The translations under genes were made by a program, and so were the position numbers. This document shows, in pieces, positions 29,437 to 39,691 of a DNA stretch of 64,000 nt; position 1 is the stretch's first letter; every line of letters begins with the position of its first letter. Origin of the DNA: Chlamydiales bacterium (GTDB lineage: Bacteria; Chlamydiota; Chlamydiia; Chlamydiales; JBDQID01); NCBI GenBank assembly GCA_047611865.1, contig JBLFWS010000001.1, positions 32,001 through 96,000 of the forward strand. Reading direction: 5' to 3'. A model generated the notes under the pieces. The model was not told where the DNA came from. It searched no databases and saw only the letters and a program-made list of their open reading frames with translations.

Positions 29437-31014
29437 ATGCATCTTGTCATAGTCAACACCAGTTCCAAGGGTGGAAAAGAGTTACAAACCGCTCTACTGC
29501 AGGAATCTTACAAAGATGGGAACGATCTAAAAACACGCACCATTGCCAAGCTCATGGAGTGTACGGAAGATGAGATCCATGCTGTACAGATGGCATTCCA
29601 ACACAAAGACAAAATGCTTAAACTGAACCTTCCTAAACTACCGTCAAATACACACAGCCCTCAAGTTCTTAAACAAAACACTCCCATTGGGGCCGCATGG
29701 GTTGCAAAATCCGTCGCAGAATACTTAGGTATCGCTGATGCCCTTGGCACAACAAAGCCTGGTAAATTAGCCCTGCTCCAAATTTTGTCTCATGTTGTTG
29801 AACCCACCCTATACCCCCTTTCCAGGTTTGCTGAACAAACTCATTATTTAATTAACTCTCTTGACCTCCCCATCGACATTGATGCAAAAGACCTTCACAG
29901 AGACCTGACATGGTTATCGAAAAACAAGTCCAAAATAGAAAAGAGAATATTCAAGTTTCGCACCAAGGGGGTTTCTGACCGCCTTTTCTTTTACAATATC
30001 TCCAGCCCATACCTCTCCACCCGCCTGAACCCTCTTGAAATTTTTGAACGAAACCTAGATCAAAGTCACTTCCCGGGGCTGGGTCTTCTATGTGATCAAG
30101 AAGGCTACCCCGTATCCATTTGCCTACCTAATCCAGAGAAAAACCAAACAGTGCTTGATAATGCTCTAAAATTAGCCAAAGACTACTCCGTAGATTCTGT
30201 TACAGTTGTACGTCATAACTCCAGCTCTATGGAAAAAGATAACATCCCTCAGGTTGCAAACTATCTTTCACATGTCACCTCTCCCGAAGACATAGCGTTC
30301 CTCAAAGCACACATACTCCTGGATAAAGTTGAAGACCTTAGTCTCACAAAAAGAAACGACCACAAACACTTTCTTATCAAAAGGGACCCAAAGCGCTCGA
30401 AAATTCTTAAAGAAATGCGCGAAGACCAGCTCAAGCATGCTGAACTACTCATCAATAAAGCTAACGAAAAGCTTAAAGAACAACCCACATCTTCAACAAC
30501 AATTTTACAAAGCCTCCAGAGGGCCATCGAAAACATTGGAGGCTCTGAATGGCTTAAGGTACAAGAGTCTGATGTGGGGTTTATCCATGAAGTCAACCAG
30601 GAAAAGCTCAATGAATTTTCCACCTTAGACGGCTGTCAGATTTTGGAATCCAACCTCCCTTTTAGCGGCACTTCACCAGAAATCCTTTTGGATCGCTTTA
30701 AAAACCAAAAACTTATCGAAGAAGCCTTTCGTAACCACAGCCCTGGTTTCCACGACCTCGAGCTTGCCGATAGCCTCTTAGAAAGCACCCTTCGAGGACA
30801 CTCCTTGTTGCTAATGCTCGCCTTTCTCATTAACCGCACCCTCGGAAAGGCCTGGTCTCCCTTGGGCGTTACTCCCGAGGAGGGATTAAGGGAGCTTTCT
30901 GGTATCTGTTCAATGAATATCGGAAACAAAACCTACATAACAGAGCCCAACAAAGCCACCCAGCAACTTCTTGAAGCCTTAAACCTTAAACTACCCACTC
31001 AGACAGACTTATGA
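29437..31014 (+). CDS. IS1634-family transposase-derived protein, catalytic residues apparently lost
   Basis: RTIAKL, GLLCDQEGYPVS, LDGCQILESNL, LIEEAFR and RGHSLLLMLAFLI match recalled IS1634 patterns; no terminal repeats seen. Confidence 0.65.
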   Translation: MHLVIVNTSSKGGKELQTALLQESYKDGNDLKTRTIAKLMECTEDEIHAVQMAFQHKDKMLKLNLPKLPSNTHSPQVLKQNTPIGAAWVAKSVAEYLGIADALGTTKPGKLALLQILSHVVEPTLYPLSRFAEQTHYLINSLDLPIDIDAKDLHRDLTWLSKNKSKIEKRIFKFRTKGVSDRLFFYNISSPYLSTRLNPLEIFERNLDQSHFPGLGLLCDQEGYPVSICLPNPEKNQTVLDNALKLAKDYSVDSVTVVRHNSSSMEKDNIPQVANYLSHVTSPEDIAFLKAHILLDKVEDLSLTKRNDHKHFLIKRDPKRSKILKEMREDQLKHAELLINKANEKLKEQPTSSTTILQSLQRAIENIGGSEWLKVQESDVGFIHEVNQEKLNEFSTLDGCQILESNLPFSGTSPEILLDRFKNQKLIEEAFRNHSPGFHDLELADSLLESTLRGHSLLLMLAFLINRTLGKAWSPLGVTPEEGLRELSGICSMNIGNKTYITEPNKATQQLLEALNLKLPTQTDL

Positions 31015-31712
31015 AATTTACCTCCCCTTTGCTTTCTGCCACAATCATCAAGCGTTATAAGCGTTTTTTAGTAGATGTTGAGCTCGAAGATGGTCGCATC
31101 ATTACCGCTCATTGCCCCAATACTGGAAGTATGAAAACATGTATCCTCCCTGGATGGAAGGCTCTTCTCAGCTACCACAGCAACCCCAAAAGAAAGCTAT
31201 CCCACACCTTGGAGCTAATCCATAATTCAGAGTGTTGGATCTGCGTTAATACCCATCAAGCTAACAAGATTGTTCACGAGGCTATACTCAACGGTGATAT
31301 CCCCGAGCTCTCTCATTATAAAACTATTCGCCCAGAGGTCAAATACTCCCAAAACAGCCGTATCGACTTCCTTTTAGAAAGCCCCAATAAAAAGCCCTGC
31401 TTCGTTGAAGTGAAAGCTGTGACCCTTCTCGGTGAAAACGAAACCATCCTATTTCCCGACTCCGTAACCACTCGAGGCCAAAAACACATCGCCGACCTTG
31501 ATCAAGAACACTCGAAAGGAAACCGGGCCGTACTGCTCTTCCTGATTCAAAGAGGCGACGGCTCCCACTTTGCCCCCGCTTCCGAAATTGACCCTGAATA
31601 TACCAGGCTTCTGAAAAACGCTTATTCCTCTGGATTAGAGGTTCTGGCCTACCAAACAAATATAACCCCTGAAGGCATCTGCATTCTGAAAAAAATTCCC
31701 TTTAATATTTAA
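31011..31712 (+). CDS. sfsA: SfsA DNA-binding/nuclease-fold protein
   Basis: KRYKRFLVDV, HCPNTGSM, SRIDFLL, VEVK, FPDSVTTRGQKH. Confidence 0.93.
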   Translation: MKFTSPLLSATIIKRYKRFLVDVELEDGRIITAHCPNTGSMKTCILPGWKALLSYHSNPKRKLSHTLELIHNSECWICVNTHQANKIVHEAILNGDIPELSHYKTIRPEVKYSQNSRIDFLLESPNKKPCFVEVKAVTLLGENETILFPDSVTTRGQKHIADLDQEHSKGNRAVLLFLIQRGDGSHFAPASEIDPEYTRLLKNAYSSGLEVLAYQTNITPEGICILKKIPFNI

Positions 31713-31731
31713 TCCTTAGGCAGTACTCATC

Positions 31732-32328
31732 ATGACTCTCGAAGATCAAAACCACAGCCGCCCCTTTGTTAACCTCATAAACGAGTTCGGGATGCTTTCT
31801 CGCCTCCCCCGCTCAGGGTTCTCTTTTCTCGGAACCGGGAAACAGTCTGTTGCCGAGCATAGTTTTGGCGTAATCTCAATTGCTTTTGTTCTGGCTCACT
31901 GTTGTGAAGAGACTGTTGACGAATTGCGACTGCTCCAACTCTGTCTTTTACACGATCTTCCCGAATCCCGAATTGGTGACCATAACTATGTCCAGAAAGA
32001 ATACCTCTCCACCAATGACAGCAAAGTCTTTAAAGATATCAAAGAAGCCTCTCCATTAGGAGGGTTTATTGTAGGGGCTGTTGAAGAGTTTGAAGAGCTC
32101 AAAACTCTTGAAGCCCTGCTTGCGAGAGACGCTGACCACCTAGAGCTCCTGATCACCTTAAAAAAGGAAATCGACACAGGAAACCCGCGCGCTGCTGATT
32201 GGTTTGATCTTGGTGAAAAAAGACTTCATACCCTTGTGGCCAAAAGACTTGCTCAGGGAATTAGAATTACCCCTTTCGATGAATGGTGGCTAAAAGGCGT
32301 GATCAAAAAACAACCTGAAAGTCCTTAA
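31732..32328 (+). CDS. HD-domain phosphohydrolase (YfbR/HDDC2-like)
   Basis: LPRSGF, SVAEHSF, LLHDLPE, DADHLE. Confidence 0.85.
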   Translation: MTLEDQNHSRPFVNLINEFGMLSRLPRSGFSFLGTGKQSVAEHSFGVISIAFVLAHCCEETVDELRLLQLCLLHDLPESRIGDHNYVQKEYLSTNDSKVFKDIKEASPLGGFIVGAVEEFEELKTLEALLARDADHLELLITLKKEIDTGNPRAADWFDLGEKRLHTLVAKRLAQGIRITPFDEWWLKGVIKKQPESP

Positions 32329-32656
32329 ACGAGGCCTTTGACCTATAATGCTTAACTTCGACATTTTCCACCTCACCATGCCTTTGTGCCTTAAGGTTTT
32401 CAAGCAGCTGATCCAAACGCTCCCTACTGCCTTGCGCAAAAATTTCCACTGTCCCATCCGCTAGGTTTTTCACGGTACCGCTTAATCCAAGCTTTGTCGC
32501 ATGTTGAAGTGTTGTAGCCCTAAAGCCTACCCCCTGAACATATCCATGCACAATTGCGTGCATCTCTGAAATCTCTTCAGCCACAGCCCCTCCCGTTGCA
32601 AAAAGTAAACACACCGAACTTAATACAGAGATTGTTTCTTTCCCTATTAAATTCAT
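32303..32656 (-). CDS. acyP: Acylphosphatase
   Basis: VHGYVQGVGFR, GTVKNLADGTVE. Confidence 0.9.
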   Translation of the reverse strand: MNLIGKETISVLSSVCLLFATGGAVAEEISEMHAIVHGYVQGVGFRATTLQHATKLGLSGTVKNLADGTVEIFAQGSRERLDQLLENLKAQRHGEVENVEVKHYRSKASFKDFQVVF

Positions 32657-32748
32657 TATTTCTTTAGGATGCTATTCTTTTTTGAAATTATTCTTTGAAA
32701 ACCAACAGGATGTCCAATCAGGAGCGCCCCCTATCTTGCTATCATCGG

Positions 32749-33735
32749 CTATTGCTCGCCAGGCCAAAACTCTTCAATAATCTTGTAAACTTCAGCCCTT
32801 GTTTCGACCTTCGTTATCGCCCTGCGAAAATCTCTAGCTCTTTTGTCTTTTTTGAAATACCAACAGCCAAGCCTTCGGACATCAGTAACAGCCTTTTTTT
32901 CACTATAATACTGAAGTGAGTGTTCAAAGTGCTCAACAAGAGCGTCGCGATATGCCGTTTCAGGGCGAATAAGCTCTTCCATCCCACTAAGTCTGCGATA
33001 GACATCTTCTGCTATCCACGGCTGCCCCAACGTTCCCCTGGAAACCAATATCCCATCACAGTTCGTATGCTCAAAAATTCGTTCAGCTGCCTCTGCATCG
33101 AAAATATCTCCATTCCCGATCACCTTGATGTTTTTCGCAACCTGCTTACATGCTTTTATATGGTCCCAGTTTGCATTCCCTTTATAAGCCTGAGCCCTCG
33201 TCCGACCGTGTATTGTAATCATTTTAGCTCCAGCCTCTTCTGCCACACGAGTGATCTCTTCTGCGTTAATGTGGCCATCATCCCAGCCCGCTCGAATCTT
33301 TACTGTTACTGGAATTTTTACCGCAGCCACCATATTAGCTAAAACTTCCCCAATAAGCTGGGGCGTCTTTAGCATCCCCGATCCACCGCCATCTTTTGTT
33401 ACTTTATCTACGGGACAGCCACAGTTAAGGTCCACAACATCGAAGCCCAGGTCCTCTATAATTTTGGCTGCCTGACCCGCAATTTCTGGTTTACTCCCAA
33501 CTATTTGCCCCCCAATAGGATGCATACCCGATTCATAGTCGAGGAGGTGAAAGGTTGTCGCATCACTACGAACCAACGCGTCCATTTTCACCATTTCGCA
33601 AAAAACCAACCCCGGGTTGTAGCGAGAAGACATTCTGCGAAAAGGCAAATCTGAACACCCCGCAAGGGGCGCGTAAAAGACGTTACTTGGAAGCTCCAGG
33701 TCGCCCAATAGAAATGGTGTTTTCAAGTGACTCAT
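32749..33735 (-). CDS. dusB: tRNA-dihydrouridine synthase
   Basis: APLAG, DLNCGCP, VKIRAGWD, IHGRTR, GNGDI. Confidence 0.9.
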   Translation of the reverse strand: MSHLKTPFLLGDLELPSNVFYAPLAGCSDLPFRRMSSRYNPGLVFCEMVKMDALVRSDATTFHLLDYESGMHPIGGQIVGSKPEIAGQAAKIIEDLGFDVVDLNCGCPVDKVTKDGGGSGMLKTPQLIGEVLANMVAAVKIPVTVKIRAGWDDGHINAEEITRVAEEAGAKMITIHGRTRAQAYKGNANWDHIKACKQVAKNIKVIGNGDIFDAEAAERIFEHTNCDGILVSRGTLGQPWIAEDVYRRLSGMEELIRPETAYRDALVEHFEHSLQYYSEKKAVTDVRRLGCWYFKKDKRARDFRRAITKVETRAEVYKIIEEFWPGEQ

Positions 33736-33986
33736 AGCTGGAAAAGCGCCATGACAATATATTCGAGAATATTCAGGGAAAACAGCGCGACGATCGGGCT
33801 TAGGTCAAACATGCCGAGGGGCGGGATCACCTGTCGAAAGAAATTTAAGTAGGGATCCGTGTACTCGTGTACATAAAGCATAAAGCGGTACTGGTTGATC
33901 TCTGGAACCCATGAAGCCAGGATTCTAACAAAAAGCATCAGCGTAAACATAGAAAATAAAAGATGAATAAGATAAGGGAGAGACAT
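33732..33986 (-). CDS. yggT: YggT family membrane protein
   Basis: RILASW, TDPYL, PPLGMFDLSP. Confidence 0.9.
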   Translation of the reverse strand: MSLPYLIHLLFSMFTLMLFVRILASWVPEINQYRFMLYVHEYTDPYLNFFRQVIPPLGMFDLSPIVALFSLNILEYIVMALFQL

Positions 33987-34341
33987 TCTAACTACTTCTT
34001 AAGATATAATTGTTCCTAAAAAACACACAGCCGAAATTGTAAATATCGCAGCATAAACTAACATAATACTTTCTTCTGGAACATATTGATCTGATTTCAC
34101 AACCTTAACCTCACATTCCCTAAATGACTATAATCTAACATACCACTTCCTTTATTATTTGTCACCAAACACAATTAAAATTATTTATATCATACCTTTA
34201 AGTCAAATACAGCTCTTGCTCATTAATAACATTAGTTTGTTTGATAGAGTAACTAGATTAACCCTTAAAGTGAGTAATTTGTTGAAATTAATACTCAATT
34301 AAGATAATATTTTAAATTTAACAAAAATTCAAGGCCTGTCC

Positions 34342-35967
34342 GTGGATTATAGAATCTCTGCAGAAAACACCTTGGGTGCCGACATTTACGCTGGAAACGT
34401 TAAAACAGCCCTCCTTTCCTGGAAAAACGGTGCCCCAAAGATAGAAAGCCTACAAGAGTTTCAACAAAATAGCCGTATTTACAATAATGATGATCTCGGC
34501 AGCCCCCCCCTTTTCTCCCAAAATGACTGCGAAGACCCCCTTATAATCACCGCCATTCCCAGTAGATCCGTTCTCGTGCGCCCTCTAAACCTCCAATTAA
34601 CAGATAGTAAGGACGTTGACAGCGTCTTGAGGTTTCAGGCCGAGCCGCTGCTACCTTATCCTATAGAAAGTGCCGTTATTGACCACATGGTCCTTAACAG
34701 CAACGGCAACTCTATTTCCCTCACAATTTTCGCTGTTCAAAACGAAGAAATGGGTCGACACGTCGACCATGCCCACTCTTTGGGATTTGACTCTGAAGCC
34801 GTATCCAGCACCCCTGCTGCACTAGCCTCTCTATCCGAATACTTTGCCCCTGGAGAAAACCCTCGTTTTGTCATCCACATGGAAGGAGACTACTCCCTTT
34901 GCGCTTTTGTCACAAAAGGCAAGGTCCTGGCCTCTCACCACCTATCAATCGGACACGACCACTTTATTGACGCTCTAGTAAAAGACAATGACTTATCTCC
35001 CGAAAGCGCCCATGGGCAGCTTGATGGGATTCTTAATAGTCCGGAATTTAACAGTGAAACACAGCCTGGCCTTTATGCCATCAACAGGCAGTTCAATCAA
35101 GAGCTGACTAAAATCATTAAAGCCCTCAGCCTCCCCGTGGCGCTACCCCCTGAAAAGGAAGCCCTTGTCACCGGAAAGCTCACCCCCGCCCTCTTATCGC
35201 AAAGCGAGCTGCCCCCCCTGTCCCTTCCCGAAAAATACAAAAACTTTGCAATTGCAATAGGCTTGGCGTTAGGGCACCTTCCCAATAACGAAAATCTCTT
35301 AAATTTTCGCCAAGAGAGCTTCGCCTACCAAAACCCTTGGAAGAGGGTAAAGAGAACCCTCGTCACCTTCGGCTTTCTTTGCCTGCTTCTTACCGGGGTC
35401 GCTTTTGTCTTTAGCCAGATGCTCCTTGGGCAACACAAAGTTCAAATAAGCAAAAAATACCTTAGCTCCCTGTCGGCAGTGGGGCAAACATACGAATCCG
35501 CGGAAAAACAAATTCCCAATGGCTCTTCCCTAAAGGTCCCCGAAACCCTCAGAGGCAACGCCCTCTCTAAGAGATTAAAGTTCCTTGAAAAAATGGTCCG
35601 CAACCCCTCTGAAACCTTTCATTTACAGCCCGATACCCCCAGGGTCTGCGACTTTCTTTTTTGGTTAAACAGCCACCCCCTCATAAGCAGCTCTCTAAAA
35701 GACGACCCCAATTCTTTTCACTTAGATCAACTACACTACGTCATGGTCTCGTACCCCCAAGAAAGCAGACCCAGTAGCCCTTACCTTCTAAAGATCGAAC
35801 TAGACTTCAGAACAAATTCTTCCCAGTTTGCCCGAAAGTTCCGAGAATCTCTAATGGAACCCAGTTCTTTTGTTGACTCTCACCGGGATATTTCCTGGAA
35901 AGCCGGTGACGGCAAATACCAGGCTATATTTTTCATCAAGAACCAAGAGAGAGGGGCCCAATCATGA
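34342..35967 (+). CDS. PilM/GspL-like protein (CT646-like by position)
   Basis: VLVRPLNLQ...LRFQAEPLLPYPIE, IAIGLAL, one TM, then a C-terminal domain; recalled synteny yggT-x-x-MORN-ygfA-recA. Confidence 0.6.
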   Translation: MDYRISAENTLGADIYAGNVKTALLSWKNGAPKIESLQEFQQNSRIYNNDDLGSPPLFSQNDCEDPLIITAIPSRSVLVRPLNLQLTDSKDVDSVLRFQAEPLLPYPIESAVIDHMVLNSNGNSISLTIFAVQNEEMGRHVDHAHSLGFDSEAVSSTPAALASLSEYFAPGENPRFVIHMEGDYSLCAFVTKGKVLASHHLSIGHDHFIDALVKDNDLSPESAHGQLDGILNSPEFNSETQPGLYAINRQFNQELTKIIKALSLPVALPPEKEALVTGKLTPALLSQSELPPLSLPEKYKNFAIAIGLALGHLPNNENLLNFRQESFAYQNPWKRVKRTLVTFGFLCLLLTGVAFVFSQMLLGQHKVQISKKYLSSLSAVGQTYESAEKQIPNGSSLKVPETLRGNALSKRLKFLEKMVRNPSETFHLQPDTPRVCDFLFWLNSHPLISSSLKDDPNSFHLDQLHYVMVSYPQESRPSSPYLLKIELDFRTNSSQFARKFRESLMEPSSFVDSHRDISWKAGDGKYQAIFFIKNQERGAQS

Positions 35968-36584
35968 ACTCTATCCCCCAAAATCGTTTACTGGCCTACT
36001 TGTTTGCCCTTGGACTCATTCCTTTATTGGTGGTTTTCTACATACACCTTTCCGAAAGCTCTGAGCTCTACAAACTCGAACAAAGAATAGATGCCATTCA
36101 GCTCACACTGCATCTTGATGATGGAAAACACTCCCGAAATGCTGCCACACGACTCCAGCACGAAAATTCAGACCCCCTCTTTATAGACTCTGAATTAGAA
36201 AGTTTGTCTTTTCTGGGTGATGAAATTAAAAACCTTAAGGCTATCACCCAAGACCCCTCATTTCCCGACACTCCTGCGATCAAAAAGCGCCTCGACTTCT
36301 TAGCTGGACCCAATAATCGCCTTGTCTTCACTGAAGATCTTATACAGTCCTCTCCACACAGCAAGGAAACCCTTGAGGTCATGAGGCACCCGGTAGAGGT
36401 TGATATTGACGACCTCTATAAAATTCTTGCAACTGTTGAAAACGTAAGCATAGGTCCTTATAGTCCACAACCCAATAGCCCTCAGCTTATTATCACAGAT
36501 TTTAAACTAGAGCGAAAAAAATATCCCAACAAAAATGAAGTTTTCGTTTTAAATATAAAGTTACTCAAAAGAGAGTTTTTATAA
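35964..36584 (+). CDS. Conserved chlamydial single-TM protein (CT647-like by position)
   Basis: N-terminal TM followed by a coiled coil; overlaps the upstream stop. Confidence 0.55.
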   Translation: MNSIPQNRLLAYLFALGLIPLLVVFYIHLSESSELYKLEQRIDAIQLTLHLDDGKHSRNAATRLQHENSDPLFIDSELESLSFLGDEIKNLKAITQDPSFPDTPAIKKRLDFLAGPNNRLVFTEDLIQSSPHSKETLEVMRHPVEVDIDDLYKILATVENVSIGPYSPQPNSPQLIITDFKLERKKYPNKNEVFVLNIKLLKREFL

Positions 36585-36587
36585 GCC

Positions 36588-37871
36588 ATGCACAGCAAAA
36601 CCCTTTCTATCCTCAGGTCTTCCTTTTTCTTTTGTCTATGCGCTTTTTCAGCCCCTGGCTGTTCTTCCCCCCGGCGGGTCGGACCCGGAAATATGTCAAG
36701 CATCCACATCATAGATCGAAACGGCCTCACTGAAACCGTAAACTCCGGAGAGCGCCTCAAGCAATATGAAAACAAAAACTTTCTGCAACCCCAACCGTTT
36801 CAAAAAATCACCCGCTCCTTTGGCCGCGATTCCGGCGGAAATATCCCCTCACGAATCACAAGCTACCACCCCAACGGACAACTCAAGCAATATCTTGAGG
36901 CATTAAATTCCCGAGCCAACGGTGTTTACCGGGAGTGGTACTCAAGCGGAATAATCAAGCTAGAGGTTTCCGTCATTGGCGGCGTTGCTGATCTCAATAC
37001 CGCTGCAGAAGAAAGCTGGCTTTTCGATGGACAGAGTAGCGCTTGGGATGAAGGCGGCAACTTAACTGCCACAATCAACTACCTAAAAGGGGCCCTTCAT
37101 GGCAGCTCTTTGTACTATCATCCCAATGGTCGATTATGGAAAACCATCCCCTATGAAAATAACAAAATTAATGGCAGCTTGTTCACATATCTTGAAGACG
37201 GATCCCCTTTATTGAAGAGTGAGTATCAAAACGGCGTTAGACATGGTGTAACCCAGCGCTTTTGGAACGACGGGCAGCTTTCGGCAGAGGAGTTGCACAA
37301 CAAGGGCTTTCTTTATCAAGCCAAGTACTTCAGCAGCTCTGGGAACCTCATCGCTGAAATAAATGACGGTGATGGACACAGGGTTACCTTCGGAAAAAGT
37401 CAGCCATATGAAGTACAAGAATTTCACAAAGGCTCCCCCGAAGGATCCGTCGAAGTGTTTAATGAAGACAGCGACATTTCACGGGTTTACCATCTTAAAG
37501 ACAGCCTTAAACATGGCGAAGACACCGAATACCACGAGGGCTCTAGCGTCCCCAAAATGACTATTAATTGGCACGCGGGCCTTATACAGGGCATTGCCAA
37601 GACCTGGTATAAGAGCGGCGCCCTTGAAAGCCGAAGAGAGATCAACTCGAACAAAAAAAACGGTCTTTCCACTGCATGGTACATCAACGGATCCGTCATG
37701 CTTATTGAGATGTACGAAAACGATAAGCTTGTAAAAGGTGAGTACTTCAAAAAAGATGAGAGCTCTCCAATATCTCGCGTTGTTGACGGAAGTGGCACTG
37801 CGACCCTCTACGATTCCGGAGGAAGCTTCATACGGCAAATTGCTTATCATGAGGGAAGGCCCTCTGCATGA
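36588..37871 (+). CDS. MORN-repeat exported protein/lipoprotein (CT648-like)
   Basis: Repeated YHPNG, G..HG, WY.SG units; possible lipobox APGC. Confidence 0.75.
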   Translation: MHSKTLSILRSSFFFCLCAFSAPGCSSPRRVGPGNMSSIHIIDRNGLTETVNSGERLKQYENKNFLQPQPFQKITRSFGRDSGGNIPSRITSYHPNGQLKQYLEALNSRANGVYREWYSSGIIKLEVSVIGGVADLNTAAEESWLFDGQSSAWDEGGNLTATINYLKGALHGSSLYYHPNGRLWKTIPYENNKINGSLFTYLEDGSPLLKSEYQNGVRHGVTQRFWNDGQLSAEELHNKGFLYQAKYFSSSGNLIAEINDGDGHRVTFGKSQPYEVQEFHKGSPEGSVEVFNEDSDISRVYHLKDSLKHGEDTEYHEGSSVPKMTINWHAGLIQGIAKTWYKSGALESRREINSNKKNGLSTAWYINGSVMLIEMYENDKLVKGEYFKKDESSPISRVVDGSGTATLYDSGGSFIRQIAYHEGRPSA

Positions 37872-38428
37872 CCCCCGCCCCATCAGTCACAAACCAAAAA
37901 GCCTCTATCCGAGAAGTTTTGAGGTCAATCCGAGAAAACATTTCACCCCTCGAAAGAGAAAGGGCTGCCCTTCATCTATTTGAAGCTCTAAGGCGCATAA
38001 CAAACAAATACTCCCTTGTTTTGTCCTATGCCAGCTTTTCCTCCGAAATAGACACCTGGCCCCTTAACTACCACCTCGCCACCAAAGAACGACTTCTCCT
38101 CCCCCAGCTCCAGGGTGACAAGATACGGATTTTTAAAGTTACGGATATCGACAATCAATTAAAAACATCCCCGTATGGTATTATGGAGCCAATTCCCGAG
38201 CTCTGTGCCGAAGTCTCCCTCTCCACGATTCCCTTTGCCATCATTCCCGGACTTGGCTTTGATTCCCAAAATAATCGTCTCGGCTACGGAAAAGGCTGTT
38301 ATGACCGCATCCTTTGCAAGATGCCCGCCTGCCTCACCTGTGGCACAGGCTTTACTCAACAACTTGTAGGCTCTCTACTCCCCACTACAAAAAAAGACAT
38401 TCCCTTAAAAGGCTGCCGTCTTTTCTAA
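37868..38428 (+). CDS. ygfA: 5-formyltetrahydrofolate cyclo-ligase
   Basis: EIDT, YGIMEP, IPGLGFD, RLGYGKGCYDR. Confidence 0.9.
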   Translation: MTPAPSVTNQKASIREVLRSIRENISPLERERAALHLFEALRRITNKYSLVLSYASFSSEIDTWPLNYHLATKERLLLPQLQGDKIRIFKVTDIDNQLKTSPYGIMEPIPELCAEVSLSTIPFAIIPGLGFDSQNNRLGYGKGCYDRILCKMPACLTCGTGFTQQLVGSLLPTTKKDIPLKGCRLF

Positions 38429-38547
38429 ATAACTTAATATAGCAGTACTAATTTGTACTATTACTCCCCTGACATTCCCCTTGACGACAACGCATAAAAG
38501 CGTAAATATCATGCTTTTTTCAACTGTACTTATAAAGGAGTAGTCGG

Positions 38548-39624
38548 ATGTCCAGCAAGGAAAATTCCTCTAGGAAACAAGCTCTAGATGCTGCAGTAGC
38601 TCTTATCAAAAAGCAATTCGGCGAAGGTGCCATAATGTCCATGGGCGCAGGTGCCGCCACTCAACACGTCGAGGTTATCAAAACAGGGGCCATTTCCCTG
38701 GACATCGCCTTGGGAATTGGCGGTGTTCCACGTGGTCGCGTCGTAGAAATTTACGGTCCTGAATCATCTGGAAAATCCACCCTCGCAACTCACATTGTTG
38801 CCAGTGCGCAAAAAAATGGAGGCCTTGCCGCCTACATCGATGCAGAACATGCGTTGGATGCAAAATATGCCGCTCAAATTGGCGTCAACCTTGATGATCT
38901 ATTGATTTCACAACCCGATTGTGGAGAGGAAGCTTTAAATATCGCTGAAATGCTCGCGCGTTCCAATGCGGTTGACGTTATTGTAATCGACTCTGTTGCA
39001 GCACTCGTTCCCAAAAATGAGCTCGAAGGCGAAATAGGCGATACTCACATGGGCTTGCAGGCTCGCATGATGTCACAGGCTCTTAGAAAGCTTACTGCCA
39101 CACTGGCCAAATCCAAAACCTGTGCTGTTTTCATCAACCAGATTCGTGAAAAAATTGGTGTCGTATTTGGCAACCCTGAAACCACAACCGGCGGAAGAGC
39201 TTTAAAATTCTACTCTTCAGTTCGCCTGGATATTCGCCGAATCGGCAGCATCAAGGGAGCTGAAAACCGTGATGTCGGGAACCGCGTAAAAGTAAAAGTC
39301 GCTAAAAATAAAATGGCCGCTCCTTTTCAAATAGCTGAATTTGACATCATGTTTGGAGAGGGCATTTCCCACACCGGATCCATCATTGATGTAGGAGTAG
39401 AACAAAACATCATCGACAAAAAGGGCGCTTGGTTTAGCTACAAAACAACTCGCCTGGGGCAGGGAAGGGAAGCGGTAAAAGAAGAGCTAAAGAAAAACCC
39501 TGCTCTTTTCGCTCAAATCGAAGCTGATATTCTGGAAAAGTTCCCTCTCCTTTCTTCAAAGAAAGAAAAGGCCCCAGAAAAAGAACGCATCAAAGAACTC
39601 AACAAAGTGCTTGCCGGCGTATAA
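38548..39624 (+). CDS. recA: Recombinase A
   Basis: [36 protein letters not shown]. Confidence 0.99.
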   Translation: MSSKENSSRKQALDAAVALIKKQFGEGAIMSMGAGAATQHVEVIKTGAISLDIALGIGGVPRGRVVEIYGPESSGKSTLATHIVASAQKNGGLAAYIDAEHALDAKYAAQIGVNLDDLLISQPDCGEEALNIAEMLARSNAVDVIVIDSVAALVPKNELEGEIGDTHMGLQARMMSQALRKLTATLAKSKTCAVFINQIREKIGVVFGNPETTTGGRALKFYSSVRLDIRRIGSIKGAENRDVGNRVKVKVAKNKMAAPFQIAEFDIMFGEGISHTGSIIDVGVEQNIIDKKGAWFSYKTTRLGQGREAVKEELKKNPALFAQIEADILEKFPLLSSKKEKAPEKERIKELNKVLAGV

Positions 39625-39691
39625 AAAAACATTCCGCACCGGGTCGAAACGAAGATCGTCGCGGCCCGGTGCCTGTCTCAAGAATCGAGCA

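Noticed and set aside
29219..31100. Active IS element with terminal repeats
   Set aside because: No inverted repeats or target duplication found by eye; the 3' end overlaps sfsA. The short CCTATCAAA duplicate upstream is too weak.
36588..37871. YwqK-type antitoxin / toxin-antitoxin module
   Set aside because: The similarity is only generic MORN repeats; no toxin is adjacent and the gene sits in a conserved core block.
38444..38459. Near-palindrome AGTACTAATTTGTACT upstream of recA as an SOS-like operator
   Set aside because: One imperfect AT-rich instance, no second copy noticed, and no LexA in the window.
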